This document shows, piece after piece, positions 46,258-60,455 of a stretch of 64,000 nt of DNA. Position 1 is the first letter of the stretch; each line of letters starts with the position of its first letter. Origin of the DNA: the human T2T-CHM13v2.0 reference genome, Homo sapiens; assembly GCF_009914755.1 (NCBI RefSeq), contig NC_060927.1; one strand, 5' to 3'. A model generated the notes under the pieces. The model worked only from the letters and a program-made list of their open reading frames with translations. It was not told the DNA's origin and ran no database searches. A program made the translations under genes and the position numbers.

Positions 46258-49200
46258 GAGTGCCCGGGGCAGGTACTAGCCCATGCCATCACCCTCACAG
46301 AGCCCCAGGTAAGCTTAACCATTGAGGGCCAGGAAACTAACTTCCTCTGGACACTAGCATGGCCTCCTCAGTTTTACTCTTCTGTTCCAGACAACTATCC
46401 TCCAGGTCTGTCACCATCAAAGGAGTCCTAGGACTGCCAGTCACTAGGTATTTCTCCCACCCCCTAAATTGTGACGGGGGAACCTTATGTTTCTCACATG
46501 CCTTTCTTATTATGCCTGACAGCCCTACTCCTTTACTAGGAAGGGACGTATTAGCTAAAGCGGAGGCCATTATATATTTGAATATAGGAGAAGGAATACC
46601 TGTTTGCTGCCCTCTACTCGAGGAGGGAGTTAATCCTGAAGTCTGGGCAGAGGAAAGACTATACAGACCAGCAAAAAACGCTTGTCCAGGTCAAGTTAAA
46701 TTAAAGGATCCTATCTCCTTTCCTTATCAAAGGCAGTACCCCTCAGACCAGAAGCCCAACAAGGGTTACAAAAGATCATTAAGGACCTAAAAGCACAGGG
46801 ATTAGTAAAGCCATGCAACAGTCCATGCAACACTCCTATTCTAGGCATGCAAAAACCCAACGGACAATGGAGGTTAGTGCAAGACCTCAGAATTATCAAT
46901 GAGGCAGTTGTTCCTCTGTATCCAGTTGTACCTAATCCTATAATCTACTCTCCCAGATACCAGAGGAAGCAGAATGGTTATACAGTCCTAAAGCTTAAAG
47001 GACACTTTCTTCTGCATCCCTCTGCATCCTGACTCTCAATTTTTATTTGCCTTTAAAGATCTTTCAAACCCAGCATCTCAGCTTACCTGGACTGTCCTAC
47101 CCCAAGGATTCAGAGATATCCCCCATTTATTCAGCCAGGCCCTAGCCCAAGACTTAAGTCAGTTCTCCCACCTGGACGTTTTCATCCTTCAACATGTAGA
47201 TGATTTGCTGTTAACTGCTAACTCAGAGACCTTATGTCATCAGGCCACCCAAGTGCTTTTAAACTTTCTCGCCCCTTGTGGCTACAAGGTTTCAAAAGCA
47301 AAAGCTCAACTATGTTTACAACAGGTTAAATACCTAGGGCTAAATCTATCCAAAGGCACCAGGGCCCTTAGTGAAGAATGTATTCAACCCATTCTGGCTT
47401 ATCATTGCCCCAAGACATTAAAACAACTAAGAGAGTTTCTTGGCATAACAGGCTTCTGTCAGATATGGATCCCCAGGTATGGCAAGTTGGCCAGGCCACT
47501 ATATACATTAATTAAGGAAACTCAAAAAGCTAATACTCATTTATTAGAATGGATACCTGAGGCAGAAACAGCTTTTCAGGCCATAAAAAAGGCCCTGACC
47601 CAGGCCCTAGTGTTAAGTTTGCCAACAGAGCAAAGCTTCTCTTTACATGTCACAGAAAGAACTGGAAGAGCTCTTGGAGTTCTTACTCAGGTCCAAGGGA
47701 CCAATTTGCAACCAGTGGCATACTTAAGTAAGGAAATTGACATAGTTTCAAAAGGCTGGCCTCTCTGCCTATGGGTGATGGCTGCAGTAGCCATCTTGGT
47801 ATCTGAGGTAGTTAAAACAATACAGGGAAGAGATCTCACCATATGGACCTCCCATGATATAAACGGTATACTCACTGCTTAGGGGGGTTTATGGCTATTG
47901 GAAACCGCCTGCTTAAATATCAGGCTCTGTTACTTGAAGGGCCGGTACTGCAACTGCGCACTTGTGCAGCTTTTACCCCAGCCACATTTCTCCCAGACAG
48001 TGAAGAAGAAATAGAGCATAACTGTCAACAAGTTACAGCCCAAATCTCTGCTGCTTCAGAGGACCTTCCAGAGGTCCCCTTAATTGACCCTGACCTCAAC
48101 TTCTATACTGATGAAAGCTCATTTGTAGAAAAGGGACTTTGGAAAGCAGGATACGCGGTGGCCAGTGATAATGCAATACTTGAAAGTAACCCCCTCGCTC
48201 CAGGTACCAGTGCACAGTTGGCAGAATTGGTAGCACTCACCCGAGCACTGGAACTGGGAGAAGGAAAGTGAGTAAATATATATACAGATTCCAAATATGC
48301 TTACCTAGTCCTTCACGCCCATGCTGCAATATGGAAAGAAAGGGAATTCTTAACCTCAGAGGGAACACCTGTTAAGCATCAAGAAGCGATTATGAAATTA
48401 TTGCGAGCTGTGCAAAAACCTAAAGAGGTGGCAGTCTTACACTGCTGGTGCCATCAAAAAGGGAGAGAGAGGGAAGCAGAAGGAAACTGCCGAGCAGATG
48501 CTGGAGCCAAAAAAGCCTCATGATGGGATCCTCCATTAGAAGTGCCCATAGAGGGACCTTTAATATGGGACAATCCTCTCCAAGAGGCCAAATCCCAATA
48601 TTCATCTGAAAAAATACAGTGGGGAACCTTATGAGGACGTAGTTTCCTCCCCTGAGGATGACTAGCAACCGAGGAAGGAAAAATACTTTTACCTGCAGCT
48701 AGCCAGTGGAAGATACTAAAAACCCTTCATCAGACATTCCATCTAGGTATCGATAACACCTATCAAATGGCTAAATCATTGTTTACAGGACAGGCCCTTT
48801 TCAAAACTATTCAGCAAATAGTGAAGTCCTGTGAAGTCTGCCAAAGAAATAAGCCCCTGCCTTATTGTCAGGCTCCTTCAGGGGAACAAAGAGCAGGTAG
48901 TTACCCTGGAGAGGACTGGCAACTAGACTTCACCCACATTCCCAAATCCCAGGGACTTCAATACTTCCTAGTCTGGGTAGACACCTTCACCGGTTGGGTT
49001 GAAGCCTTCCCCTGTAAGACAGAAAAAGCTCAGGAAGTAGTGAAAACCCTAATTCATGAAATAATTCCCAGATTCCGGCTTCCTCGTACTTTACAAAGTG
49101 ACAATGGCCCAGCCTTCAAGGCTGCAGTAACTCAGGGAATACCCAAAGTACTAGGAATACAATACCACCTCCATTGTGAATGGAGACCACAGTCCTCAGG

Positions 49201-49769
49201 GAAAGTTGAAAAAATGAATGAAACACTCAAAAAACACTTAAAAATACTAACACAGGAAACTCACCTCCATGGCCTACTCTGCTACCCTTGGCTTTGTTAA
49301 GAATCTGTAACTCCCCATAAAGAATAGGGATCAGTCCCTGTGAAACGCTCTATGGACGGCCTTTTCCCATGAATGGCCTAGTAATTGATAGGGAAACAAC
49401 AAATCTTGTGAAAAGCATAACTTCCCTAGCAAAATTTCAGCACATTCTAAAAGCATTGCCTGAAAGACATCAGAGAGAAAAAGGAAAACAGCTATTCCAT
49501 CCCGGAGACCTAGTATTAGTCCCTCTACCTCCCCGTCCCTAGGCCCCTCCTGGGAAGGACCATATCCAGTCATTCTCTCTACTCCAATCGCAGTTAAGGT
49601 AGTTGGGATAGAATCTTGGATTCATCACACTCGAATCAATCTCTGGACGCCACCAGGAGGACTCGAGGAACCAACAACCCAGGACTCTGAAAACAATGCC
49701 TCCTACACCTGTGAACTGCTGGAGGACCTGTGTCTGCTCTTCAAGTAAATTCCTAAGGAAATTAACTAA
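46258..49769 (+). pseudogene. pol: ERV pro-pol pseudogene
   Basis: Protease …DT(S)… and PTPLLGRDVL. RT WRLVQDLR, LPQG (~47097) and HVDD (47193-47204, from YVDD). RNase H FYTDESS and SAQLAEL. Integrase H-H-CEVC, WQLDFT, SDNG and SSGKVEKMN. Confidence 0.93.
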
Positions 49770-49784
49770 TAACCACTCTCCCCC

Positions 49785-51392
49785 ATGGCCCCCTCCTATT
49801 TCAAATTCCTCCTAATAGTCTTTATGCTTCCCTTGGCTAATACTCTCCCTTCATGTACCTGCACCACCCCTGGCTTCAGTTCTTCATGACTCCTGGGAAA
49901 CATGGCAGTAGTCAATTTTGCACGCCTGTTTGGGAGGGGAGCCTCCTTTACTGCCCACACTTATATGTGCAGAGAGTGCTATAAGGCTGCTACCCTCTGT
50001 ACACATGCAGGCACCAATTATTGGACAGGGAAAATGATCAGAGCTGATTGTCCAGGCAGATATGGAGCCACTCCTTGTTGGACCTACTATACACATGTTG
50101 GCCTGTCCAACACAGGTGGGGTCCAAGATCAAGCCCAAGAGCAACACCTTCAGAAGGTGATCTCCAAACTGGTTCAAACCCCCAGTACACCCAGTCCCTA
50201 CAAGGATTAGACCTCTCAAGGCTACATAAAACTCTTCGCACTTACTCCCGCTTGCTAAATTTATTTAATGTCACCCTTACCAAAATTCACAGGGCCTCCA
50301 GCCAAAATCCAACTGCCTGCTGGATGTGCCTCCCCTTATGCTTTAAACCATATGTCCCAGTTCCTGTTCCCGAACATTGGAATGCCACCGAACTGAGAAC
50401 AAACACCACAGGCCTGGTGGGCCCTTTAGTCTCAAATCTAGAAACAACACATACATCAAATCTCAACCTGTGTAAAGTTTAGCAAAACAATTGACGCAGC
50501 CGCCTTCCAGTGCAAAATATGGACTACCCTACTTCCACGACTCTCTTGCTTGCCATCAGGAATCCTTTTTGTTTGTGACTCCTCAGCTTACCGCTGCTTA
50601 AATGGTTCCTAACAAAGTCTATGCTTTCTCTCCTTTTTGGCGCCCCCCTGTGACTATCTACACTGATCAGGAGTTATAGGATTTTCTTCTACCCAAACCC
50701 CGTTACAAACGGGCACTAGTCCTTCCATTCATTATCGGGGCTGGGATACTAGGAGGACTAGGAACCGGCATTGGAGGCATTACCACCTCCACCCAGTTCT
50801 ATTATGAATTATCACAAGAGTTAAATGATAACATGGAACAAGTCGCAGATTCACTAGTCACCTTACAAAGCCAGCTTAACTCTTTAGCAGCAGTAGCACT
50901 TCAAAATCGGAGAGCCTTAGATTTATTAACAGCAGAAAGAGGTGGGACCTGTCTTTTTCTAGGAGAAGAGTGCTGTTGTTTCGTTAATCAATCCGGAATT
51001 GTCACCAAGAAGGTTAAAGAGCTTCGAGACCAGATATAGCACTGGGCACAAGAGCTCCAAGACACAGGACCTTGGAGTATTGTCAACCAATTGCATAGGA
51101 CGTCCTGGCTTCTCCCCTTCTTGGGACCCTTGGTGGCTACTGTGATCTTGCTTATCTTTGGACCTGCATTTTTAACCTCCTTGTAAAATGTGTCTGTTAC
51201 TGACTAGAATCCATGAAACTGCAATTGGTTCTACAAATGGAGCCCCAAATGACCACCACTAGCACCTACTATTGAGGACCCCTAGACCAATCCACCAACC
51301 TGTTCTCCCACCACAACATCGAAGAATCCCCTCCCCAGGAAACCTCAACTGCAGAGCCCCTTCTATACCCCAGTTCAGCAGGAAGTAGCTAG
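49785..51392 (+). pseudogene. env: ERV env pseudogene, collinear with syncytin-1/HERV-W Env
   Basis: ATG at 49785 with a signal peptide; FTAHTYM…YWTGKMI…GGVQDQA; CWMC; furin RYKR at 50701-50712; fusion peptide LPFIIGAGILGGLGTGIGGI; ISD LQNRRALDLLTAERGGTCLFLGEECC; C-terminus …SSAGSS*. Stops at 49887 and 51037 plus frameshifts. Confidence 0.93.
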
Positions 51393-51437
51393 AACCATCG
51401 TCACCCAACTTCCCAACAGCACTTGGGCTTTCCTGTT

Positions 51438-51448
51438 GAGAGAGGGGG
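51438..51448 (+). other. Polypurine tract
   Basis: GAGAGAGGGGG, 1 nt before the TG of the 3' LTR. Confidence 0.9.
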
Positions 51449-51449
51449 C

Positions 51450-51981
51450 TGAGGGACTAAGTGGCTAAGTTGGCTGGACTTCCTGGGTCAATAGGGACTT
51501 CCTTAAGGGGACTTTCCCCTAAGCCAAAATGAGTCACAGCTGCAAGCTAAGGGATTGAAACTTCAACCAATCATATAGGGAGTTTAAGCTCTAGCTGCAG
51601 CCTGATGTTTTTAACCAGTCAGGCCCGCCAACCCACAAGTGGATAGAAAATAAGCTAATTCTATAGGACAGAAAAAGGAAAAGGGGAGGGGTCATAAGGG
51701 GATATAAGCATAAGACACCCAAGCCAGAAACAGCAACCCTTCCGGGTCCCCTTCCACCATGTAGAAGCTTTACTTTTGCTTTCGCTTACTTTCGCTTTTG
51801 CTTTACTTTCGTTTTTGCTTTACTAAATCTTGCCACCGCACACTCTTTGGGTCCATGCATTTCTCTAGTGGAGCTGTAACACTCGCTGCTGCAGCCCACA
51901 GCTTCATTCCTTGAAGCCTGTGAAGCCACGAACCCTTCGATCGAGAAAAAACCTTCAATCAGGAGAGGACTTCTCGTCTCA
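51450..51981 (+). repeat. 3' LTR (532 bp)
   Basis: Direct repeat of 41935-42432; the polyA hexamer reads ACTAAA (51822-51827). Confidence 0.95.
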
Positions 51982-52024
51982 CCAGCACTTTGGGAGGCCA
52001 AGGCAGGCGGATCACCTGAGGTCA

Positions 52025-52230
<206 letters not shown>

Positions 52231-54577
52231 TCAAAAAAAAAAAGGAAGATCAAGAGATATTCTGCAGTAAGAATGCACTATTATAAAGAAGAGGCAGTGA
52301 TCACCAAATAACACAGCCAATAAATATGTCAAAAAAAGCATTGAGATTATAAAGAAAACTTAATAAAAATACAAATATAGTAGAAGGATTCAAAACTTCT
52401 CTTTCAGAAATGGGTAGCTCTACCACACAAAAAATAAGCAAATATCTAGAGAAATAGACTGATGCAATCAATAAATTAATACAATCAATAACTGTATTAG
52501 ATATATGAAAAGCGGCATAGCTCTAAATAGAGAATATACATTTTTGTCTTATGTCCATAAAACATTTACAAAAATAATCATGTATTTTGCTTAAAGATTT
52601 ATTAAGAGAATATAGTTTACAGGCTATATTTTCAATTCATAATCAATTAGAAACAAAAAATAAAAGTTGCTTTCTAAGGTACTGTCAGGACTTTTCTGAG
52701 GCTAAAATGTCACTTGACATTGATCATGACACAATGTGAAACTTGTGGGCAGAAAATTTAGGATTAAGTTTTGTCTGATTTTCCTGACTGTGTGACATTG
52801 GTGCGGTCACACAAACCCTATGAGATTCCAACTCCTATAAAATAACGCTGATTCTACCCACCCTATGAATTTTATAAAAATTGTTGCTAACAACCAGGCC
52901 AACTGAGGTCATGGAGATTATAGCATTTTTCAAATTATAAAGTACCATGCAAGCATAGGGTTTCTGTAAGAAAATGCACCCAAGTAGCAATCAACTGAAC
53001 TCATGAAAAGACTTCAGAAAAAACAAAAATGCTTTAGAAATATATTCTTCCTTTTTGGGGGTCTGCCTATGAATGTATGCAAAGATCTTTTCAAAGAAAT
53101 CCAGAAAAGCCATTCATACTTGGAATAGTAGAAGCTGTAGCAACTAACAATGATAACTTGTTACTCACTTACAACTAATGAGGAGTAAAAGTCCCTCAGA
53201 TAGGCGCTACTTAAATATTTGATGACTAATAAATTAAATGTTAATTAAATACTTCAGTGATTTTCTTCCCTGACCAGCATATAATTAACATTTAATTTGT
53301 TATAAAATATTTAAAGTTATGAAATATCCTATGGCATCAAAATGTCTCTATAGTGAAATCATCTTGGGACAATGTGTCAAGGGCACAAGAGGTTAGACTG
53401 GCATTTAAACCTCAGGAGACAGAACATAAAAAGTGCCTTTTGTGATTTTCTCACATAATGAAACTGAGAATGAGATAAGGGAAATCTCATTTTCCAATTG
53501 AATTTAACCATAGAATTTATAACTAAGTGCTACTAAGGTGTGAGGGATGAAATAGGAATGAGATACCCTTCCAAAACTAAAACTACATTGCCACATGAAT
53601 GTTGCAACCACCTTAAGTGAAAAACACAATTAAAAGTTGGTTAGGAAGAAAGCACCATTCTCTTTGGCTACTTTGAACTTGAAATACATGTAGAAGAACA
53701 AATGCTAGGAGGTAGATTGGATAGGATAGTTATCTAGTAGGACAAGGGGTGTCGTGAGAGAGGTGTCCTACTCCTAACTTCCCCACAGGGCTGGCTGAAA
53801 GTCCCAGACAGAAATGCATTTTCCATATTGGTTTTAGCTAATCTTGGAAAGTACATGAGCCTGGGCTTAAATAAGGAAAGTGGGGGCTGGTAGGGCAGAG
53901 ATTGCTGTGGAAAGACATCTAGATAATAAGAATAGAGGGATTTATTTGAGTTCTGAGGAATGAGCATCCACGTTGTTAGTCTTTAAGACCATGCACAATA
54001 GTCACTTGACCACGAGAAACAACATTTCTTGTGGATCATCAATAGAGCTATATAATGAACCAGGCTAAGAGCAATCCCCCCAAAGAAGGCTCCCCTGACA
54101 AATACCTACAACATCAAAGGGAACAGGTGGGTTTCTCTATCAAAGACCATGACTTGGGGATGTAGTCTCTCCCCTTCCATCCTTTCATGATCCACTTGCA
54201 TGAATGGTCTTCAACACCAACCCCAGTTCAGTGGTTAATAATACACATGTGTTCTATCAGAGGTGAGATCAGTGTGATAGTCACACTAGACACTAGACCT
54301 TGGCCAGCTCCAAAAGCTTTCCAACCCCCCTCAATTCCTATTACTACAGGTATGATGATAAGACTACCTATTCAAACTCCTTGACTCATCAACTCACTTC
54401 TACCTCGTGTTTAAAGAGACTATAGCTCCATCTCCAGTCCCCCAGCCCCAAGGAATATGTTCCGCTCAGCACAATATATGCCATTAACAAAAATCTCATT
54501 TTGCTTGTCAGTGATTGATTTAGGAGGAAATAGGGACCTAGTTCTTGCCAAAGAGATACGAAAAGAGGTGTACTGGG

Positions 54578-54932
<355 letters not shown>

Positions 54933-56168
54933 CTAGTTCTCATAATTTCCTTCTGGTGGTTATGTCTGTACACAAGTATGGAACAGTGGCAAACATCTTG
55001 TCACCATGGGAAGGGTGAACCTGAAGATCAAGCATCCCACTAAAGATGAAGATAAAAAGAATGAAAGAGGCTGGCCATTCTTGACATTAGTGAGCTATGA
55101 ATTAACTTCCCCTGGGGATGCCCCACCTCTGTACTTCTTACACTGTGTCTTTGCTTTTTTTTTTTAATATTCCTTCTTCTCTTCCATTATACAGCCTTCC
55201 ATTATTGCTAACTTGTATTTTCTCAATATTTCTGCCCTTTTTGAAAACTAATATTAATTCCCTCCTATCTGATTCACACAAAACTCCTACTTGGTCAAGT
55301 TACAGCCTTCCCATATTTGGTCTAGCTCAATTCGACAAACATAAATTTAGTGCCCACTGTGTGTTGGTTACTAGGATTTGAGCTAGTAGTAAAGTTCATA
55401 CTGCCTCCATATAATGTGTCTAAAATCTAAATTGTAACATGATTGCAACTGTCTCTTCCAGACAGCAGTGCTTCTGAGTTGTACTGTAATTCTAGATACA
55501 GGAGACATCCAAAATTGCATAAATAATAGTGTCTACACCAGAAATTGACCTTCTTTTTGTTCCTTTAACTTCCATCCCACCCTCCACTCCACAAAGTTAT
55601 TTCATTCACTGCTACCTACAGGTCCAGAGGCAGCCATTTCAGGGAAGAGATTTGAGTTTAACAAGAAAGATCTATAAACTTCTGGGGCTGAACATGGCTT
55701 CATTAGACACCACCATTTTGCAGCTACCTTATACCCCTTGTTTTTCTTGTTTGCTTTTCTCTACGTCTTCTGCTTCTGCAGAACTATAAGTCTCAACCCT
55801 TTCCCTGGATGGTATACTACATACATTGCTTTGCTCTTCAGGAAACTGTGGCCCGAATCAGATTTGCCTACATGGTTTCTTACCTGCTCTGTGGCATGTT
55901 TCTCATCCTAGTTCTACTCTCCAAGCTTAACATTAATCACTCACCTGCTGCATAAGAAAAGCTACTGTCCATAATCCAGAATGACAGATGTAGTCACAGC
56001 TCTAAGAAATATCAGCAAGGGCAAGGAAAATATGTACATAATACTGTGAAACACACTATTCTATGGATATAAGCCAGGCCAAGTGACAAGTAATTTTTCC
56101 ATGGAAAGGTGATAAAGCAATAAAGGAAAATTACAGAGGGATAATGACATATTCACTAAATAAGAATA

Positions 56169-58911
56169 CAGGCATACTTTGTTTTACCATGCTTCATGTT
56201 ATTACACTTTACAGATATTGCATATTTTACAAATTGAAGCTTTGTGCCAAATCTACATCTAGAAATTCTATCAGCTCTATTTTTCCATCAGCATCCACTC
56301 ATTTCATGTCTTCGTGTCACATTTTGGTAACTCTCACAAAATTTTAAACGTTTTCATTATCATCATTATATCTCTTACGGCGATCTGCATTCAGTGATCT
56401 TTGATGCTACAACTCTAATTGTTTTAGAGAACCACTGACTGCCCATATAAGATAGCCAACTTAATCAAAAATGTTGGGTGTGTTCTAATATTCCACCAAC
56501 CAGTCATTCCCCTGCCTCTCTCCTTTTCCTTGGGCCTTCCTATTCCCTGAGACAAAACAATATTGAAATTAGACCAATTAGTAAGCCTACAATTACCTCT
56601 TAGTGTTCAAGTGAAAGGAAGAGTCATACATCTTTCATTTCAAATCAAAAGCTAGAAGTGATTAAGTTTAATGAGGAATACATGTCAAAGCCAAGATATG
56701 CCTAAATCTAGGCCTCTTGTACCAACAGTTAGCCAAGTTACGAATGAAAAGGAAAAACTAGTGAAGGAAACTAAAAGTACTACTCCAGTGGAAACACAAA
56801 TGATAAGAAAGGGAAACAGCTTTGTATTAGTCCATTTTCACACTGCAGTAGAGAAAGACCTGAGACTGAGTAATTTATAAAGAAAAGAGGTTTAATTGAT
56901 TCACAGTTCTACATGGCTGGGGAAGCCTCAGGAAACTTATAATCATGGTGGAAGGTGAAGAGGAAGCAAGGTGCAAGGCATGTTTTACATGATGGCAGGA
57001 GAGAGAGAGAGTGAAGGGCAAACTGATACTTTTAAACCATCAGATCTTGGGAGAACTCACTATCACGAGAACAGCATGGGGGAAACTGCCCCCATCATTC
57101 AATCACCTCCCACCAGGTCCCTCCCTTGACATGTGGGGATTAGAATTTGAGATGAGATTTGGGTGGGGACACAGAGCTCAACCATATCGAGACTTATTGC
57201 TAATATGGAGAAAGTTTTAATGGTCTGGATAAAAGATCAAACCAGCAAACAGTCCCTTAAGCCAAAGCCTAATCTAGAACAAGACCCTAACTCTCTATGA
57301 AGGCTGAGAGAGGTGAGGAAGCTAAAGAAGAAAAGTCTGAAGCTAGCAGAGGTTGGTTGATGAGTTTCATGAAAAAAAGCTGTCCCATACATAAAAGTGC
57401 AAAGTAAAACAGCAAGTACTGATAGAGAAGCTGTAGCAAGTTATCCAAGAGAAATAACTAAGATCATTAATAAAGGTGGCTACACTCAACAACAGAACTT
57501 TGATGTAGCTGAAACAGCCTTCCACTGAAATAAGATGCCATCTAGGATTACCATAGCTAGAAAGGAGAAGACAGTAGCTGGCTTCAAAGCTTCAAAAAAC
57601 AGTCTCTCTTATTAGGAGCTAATGCAGCTAATGACTTTAAGTTGAAGCCAATGTTCAGTTATCATCTCAAAAATCCTTAAGCCCTTAAGAATTATGTAAA
57701 ATCTACTCTGCCTGTGCTCTATAAATGAAAAAACAAAGCCCGTATGACAACACACCTCTTTACAACATGGTTTACTGAATATTTTAAGCCTACTGTTGAG
57801 ATCTACTACTCAGAAAAAAAGAATCCCTTCAAAATATTATTACTCATTGATAATGCACCTGGTAACCCAAGAGCTCTAATGGAGATGTACAAGAAGATTA
57901 ATGTTGTTTCATGCCATCCATTCTGCAGTCAATGGATCAAGGAGTAAGTTTTACATTCAAGTCTTACATTTTAAGAAATACATTTTATAAGGCAATAGCT
58001 GCCATAGATAGTGATTCATTTGATGGATCTCCACAGAGTCAATTGAAAACCTCCTGGAAATGATTCACCATCCCAGATGCCATTAAGAACACTTGTGATT
58101 CATGGTAGGAGGTCTAAATACCAAAATTCATGGGAATTTGGAAGAAGTTGATTTCAACCTTCACAGGTGACTGTAAGGGATCCAAGACTTCAGTGGAGGA
58201 AGTCACTGCAAATGTGGTGGAAATAGCAGGAAAACTATTAGAAGTGAAGCCTGAAGATGTGACTGAATTTCTGTACTCTCATGATAAAATTTTAAGAAAT
58301 GAGGAGTTGCTTCTTATGGATAAGAAAAGAAGGTGGTTTCTTGAGATGTAATCTACTCCTGGTGAAGATGCTGTGAACATTGTTGAAATGACAACAAATG
58401 ATTGAGAATATTAGGTAAAAGTTGATAAAGCAGAAGCAGGGTTTGAGAGAAAAGACTCCAAATTTGAAGGAAGTTCTGCTGTGGGTAAAATGCTATCAAA
58501 CAGCATTGCATGCTACAGAGAAATCTTTTGTGAAAATAACCATTAACGCAGCACATTTCACCATTGTCTTTTTTAAAGAAATTGCCAGTCACCTCAACTT
58601 TCAGCAACCACCACCCTGATAAGTCAGCAGTCATGAACTCTCAGGCAAGACTTTCCATCAGAAGAAAGTTAGGACTTGCTGAAGTGTCAGATGATTGCAG
58701 CATTTTTAAGCCATTAAGTATTTTTAATTAAAGTATCTGCATTGTTATTTTAGACATAACGCTATTGCACACTAAATGGACTAAAATATAGTGTAAACAT
58801 GAGTTTTATATGTACCGGGAAACCAAAAAAATGTGTGTGACATATTATTGCGATATTGAGTTTACTGTGGTGGTCTAAAACTGAGAAGTCAGTATCTCTG
58901 AGATATACCTG
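56169..58911 (+). mobile_element. Full-length decayed Tigger1 (TcMar/pogo) DNA transposon
   Basis: TA|CAGGCATAC… and …atatacctg|TA termini. Transposase remnants …aagtgaaaggaagagtc… (CENP-B-type HTH) and [11 protein letters not shown]…[11 protein letters not shown] (DDE). Confidence 0.93.
56823..57189 (-). mobile_element. Solo MSTA/THE1D LTR inserted in Tigger1
   Basis: tgtattagtccattttcacactgc…ggggacacagagctcaaccatatc; Tigger1 sequence resumes at ttattgctaatatggag. Confidence 0.9.
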
Positions 58912-59019
58912 TATATGTAGAAGCTCTTTGATATATGTGAAGCTTTAAAATGCTAGATTGGAGAATGGTCAACAGAATGAAAGGTTGAGAAAAAAAAGAG
59001 GTTTTGGGAAACATCATGC

Positions 59020-59240
59020 ATCTTAGTTCATTTCAGCTACTGTAACAAAACATCATGGACTGGGTATCTTATAAACAACAGAAATTTATTTCTCACAGTT
59101 CTGTAGATCTGGAAAGTCCAAGATCAGAGTGCTGGCAGGTTTGGTGTCTAGTGAGGTCTCATATCCTGATTCATAAGTGGTGCCTTCTCACCGTGTCCTC
59201 ATGTGAGATTAGCTAGCTCTCTAGGGCCCTTTTCTGTCTT
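59020..59240 (-). mobile_element. MLT1A/MSTD-like LTR fragment
   Basis: tcttagttcatttcagctactgtaacaaaa…ttataaacaacagaaatttatttctcacagttct. Confidence 0.7.
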
Positions 59241-59249
59241 ATTACCATT

Positions 59250-60455
59250 TTCAATTAAAATATAATAATTGTATATATTTATGGGGTACAGATATATGTA
59301 TACAATGTGTAATAATCCAGAGGTAATTAGCATATCCATAACCTCAAGCATTCATGTTGGGAGCATTCAAAATCCAATCTTCTAGCTATTTAAAAATAAA
59401 AAATAAATTGTTAATTATAGTCACCCTATAGTGCTATAAAACACTAAAACTTATTCCTCTTACCTGGCTGTACTTGTGTATTCATTAACCAACCTATGGC
59501 TATCCTTTCCTACCCCCACTCTTCCCTACCTCTGGAAACCCTATTCTACTCGCTACTTCTATGAGATCAACTTTTTTAGCTTCCACATATGAGATATTTG
59601 TCTTTCTGTCCCTGGCTTATTTCACTTAATGTAATGTCCTTCAAGCCCATCTGTGTTGTCACAAATGCCGGAATTTTGTTCTTTTTATGGCTGAATAATA
59701 TTCCATTGTGTATATACACCACATTTTCTTTATCAATTTATCTGTTGATGTGCACTTAGGTTGATTCCACATCTTGGCTATTGTGAATAGTACTGCAATA
59801 AACAAGGGAATGCAGAAATCTTTTTGACATACTGACATTCTGTCCTTTGGATATATGCCCAGTAATGGGACTGCTGGATCATATGGTAGTTCTATTTTAG
59901 TTTTGTTGAGGAATCTCCATACTGTTTTTCATAATGACTGTAACAATTTACATTGCCATCAACAGAATATGAATTCTCCTTTCTCCACATTCTCACTAGC
60001 ATTTGTTATTTTTTGTCTTTTGGATAATAGGCATTCTAACTAGGGTGAGATGATAGCTCACTATGGCTTTGATTTGCGTTTCCCTGATGATTACTGAGGA
60101 GCATTTTCTCATATACCTGTTAGTATACGTCATTTGTATGTCTTCTTTTAAGAGATGTCTATTCAGATAATTGGCCCATTTTTTAATCAAATTACTTGTT
60201 TTTTTGCTGTTGAGTCATTTGAGTTCCTTGCATATTTTAAATATTAATCCCTTGTTGGAAGAAGAGTTTGCAAATATTTTCTTTAACTCTGCATGTTGTC
60301 TCTTCGCTTAGTTGATTTTTTGTTTGTTTTGCTGTGCAAGAAGCATTTTACTTTGACACAGTCCCATTTGTAGTTTTTGTTTTTATTGCCTATGCTATTG
60401 AAGCCCTACCCATAAAAACCTTTGCCTAGAACAATGTCCTGAAGCATTTCTCCCA
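59250..60455 (-). mobile_element. Antisense L1MA-type 3'UTR and ORF2 end
   Basis: tgtatatatttatggggtaca…ttttatggctgaataatattccattgtg…; minus [22 protein letters not shown]. Confidence 0.85.

Noticed and set aside
49785-51392. ERVW-1 (syncytin-1) itself or another intact domesticated env
   Set aside because: There is an in-frame stop at codon 35, further stops and frameshifts, many residue differences from syncytin-1, and a different LTR and PBS.
56169-58911. Active or domesticated Tigger transposase (TIGD1-like gene)
   Set aside because: Many stops and frameshifts and an LTR insertion break the ORF.
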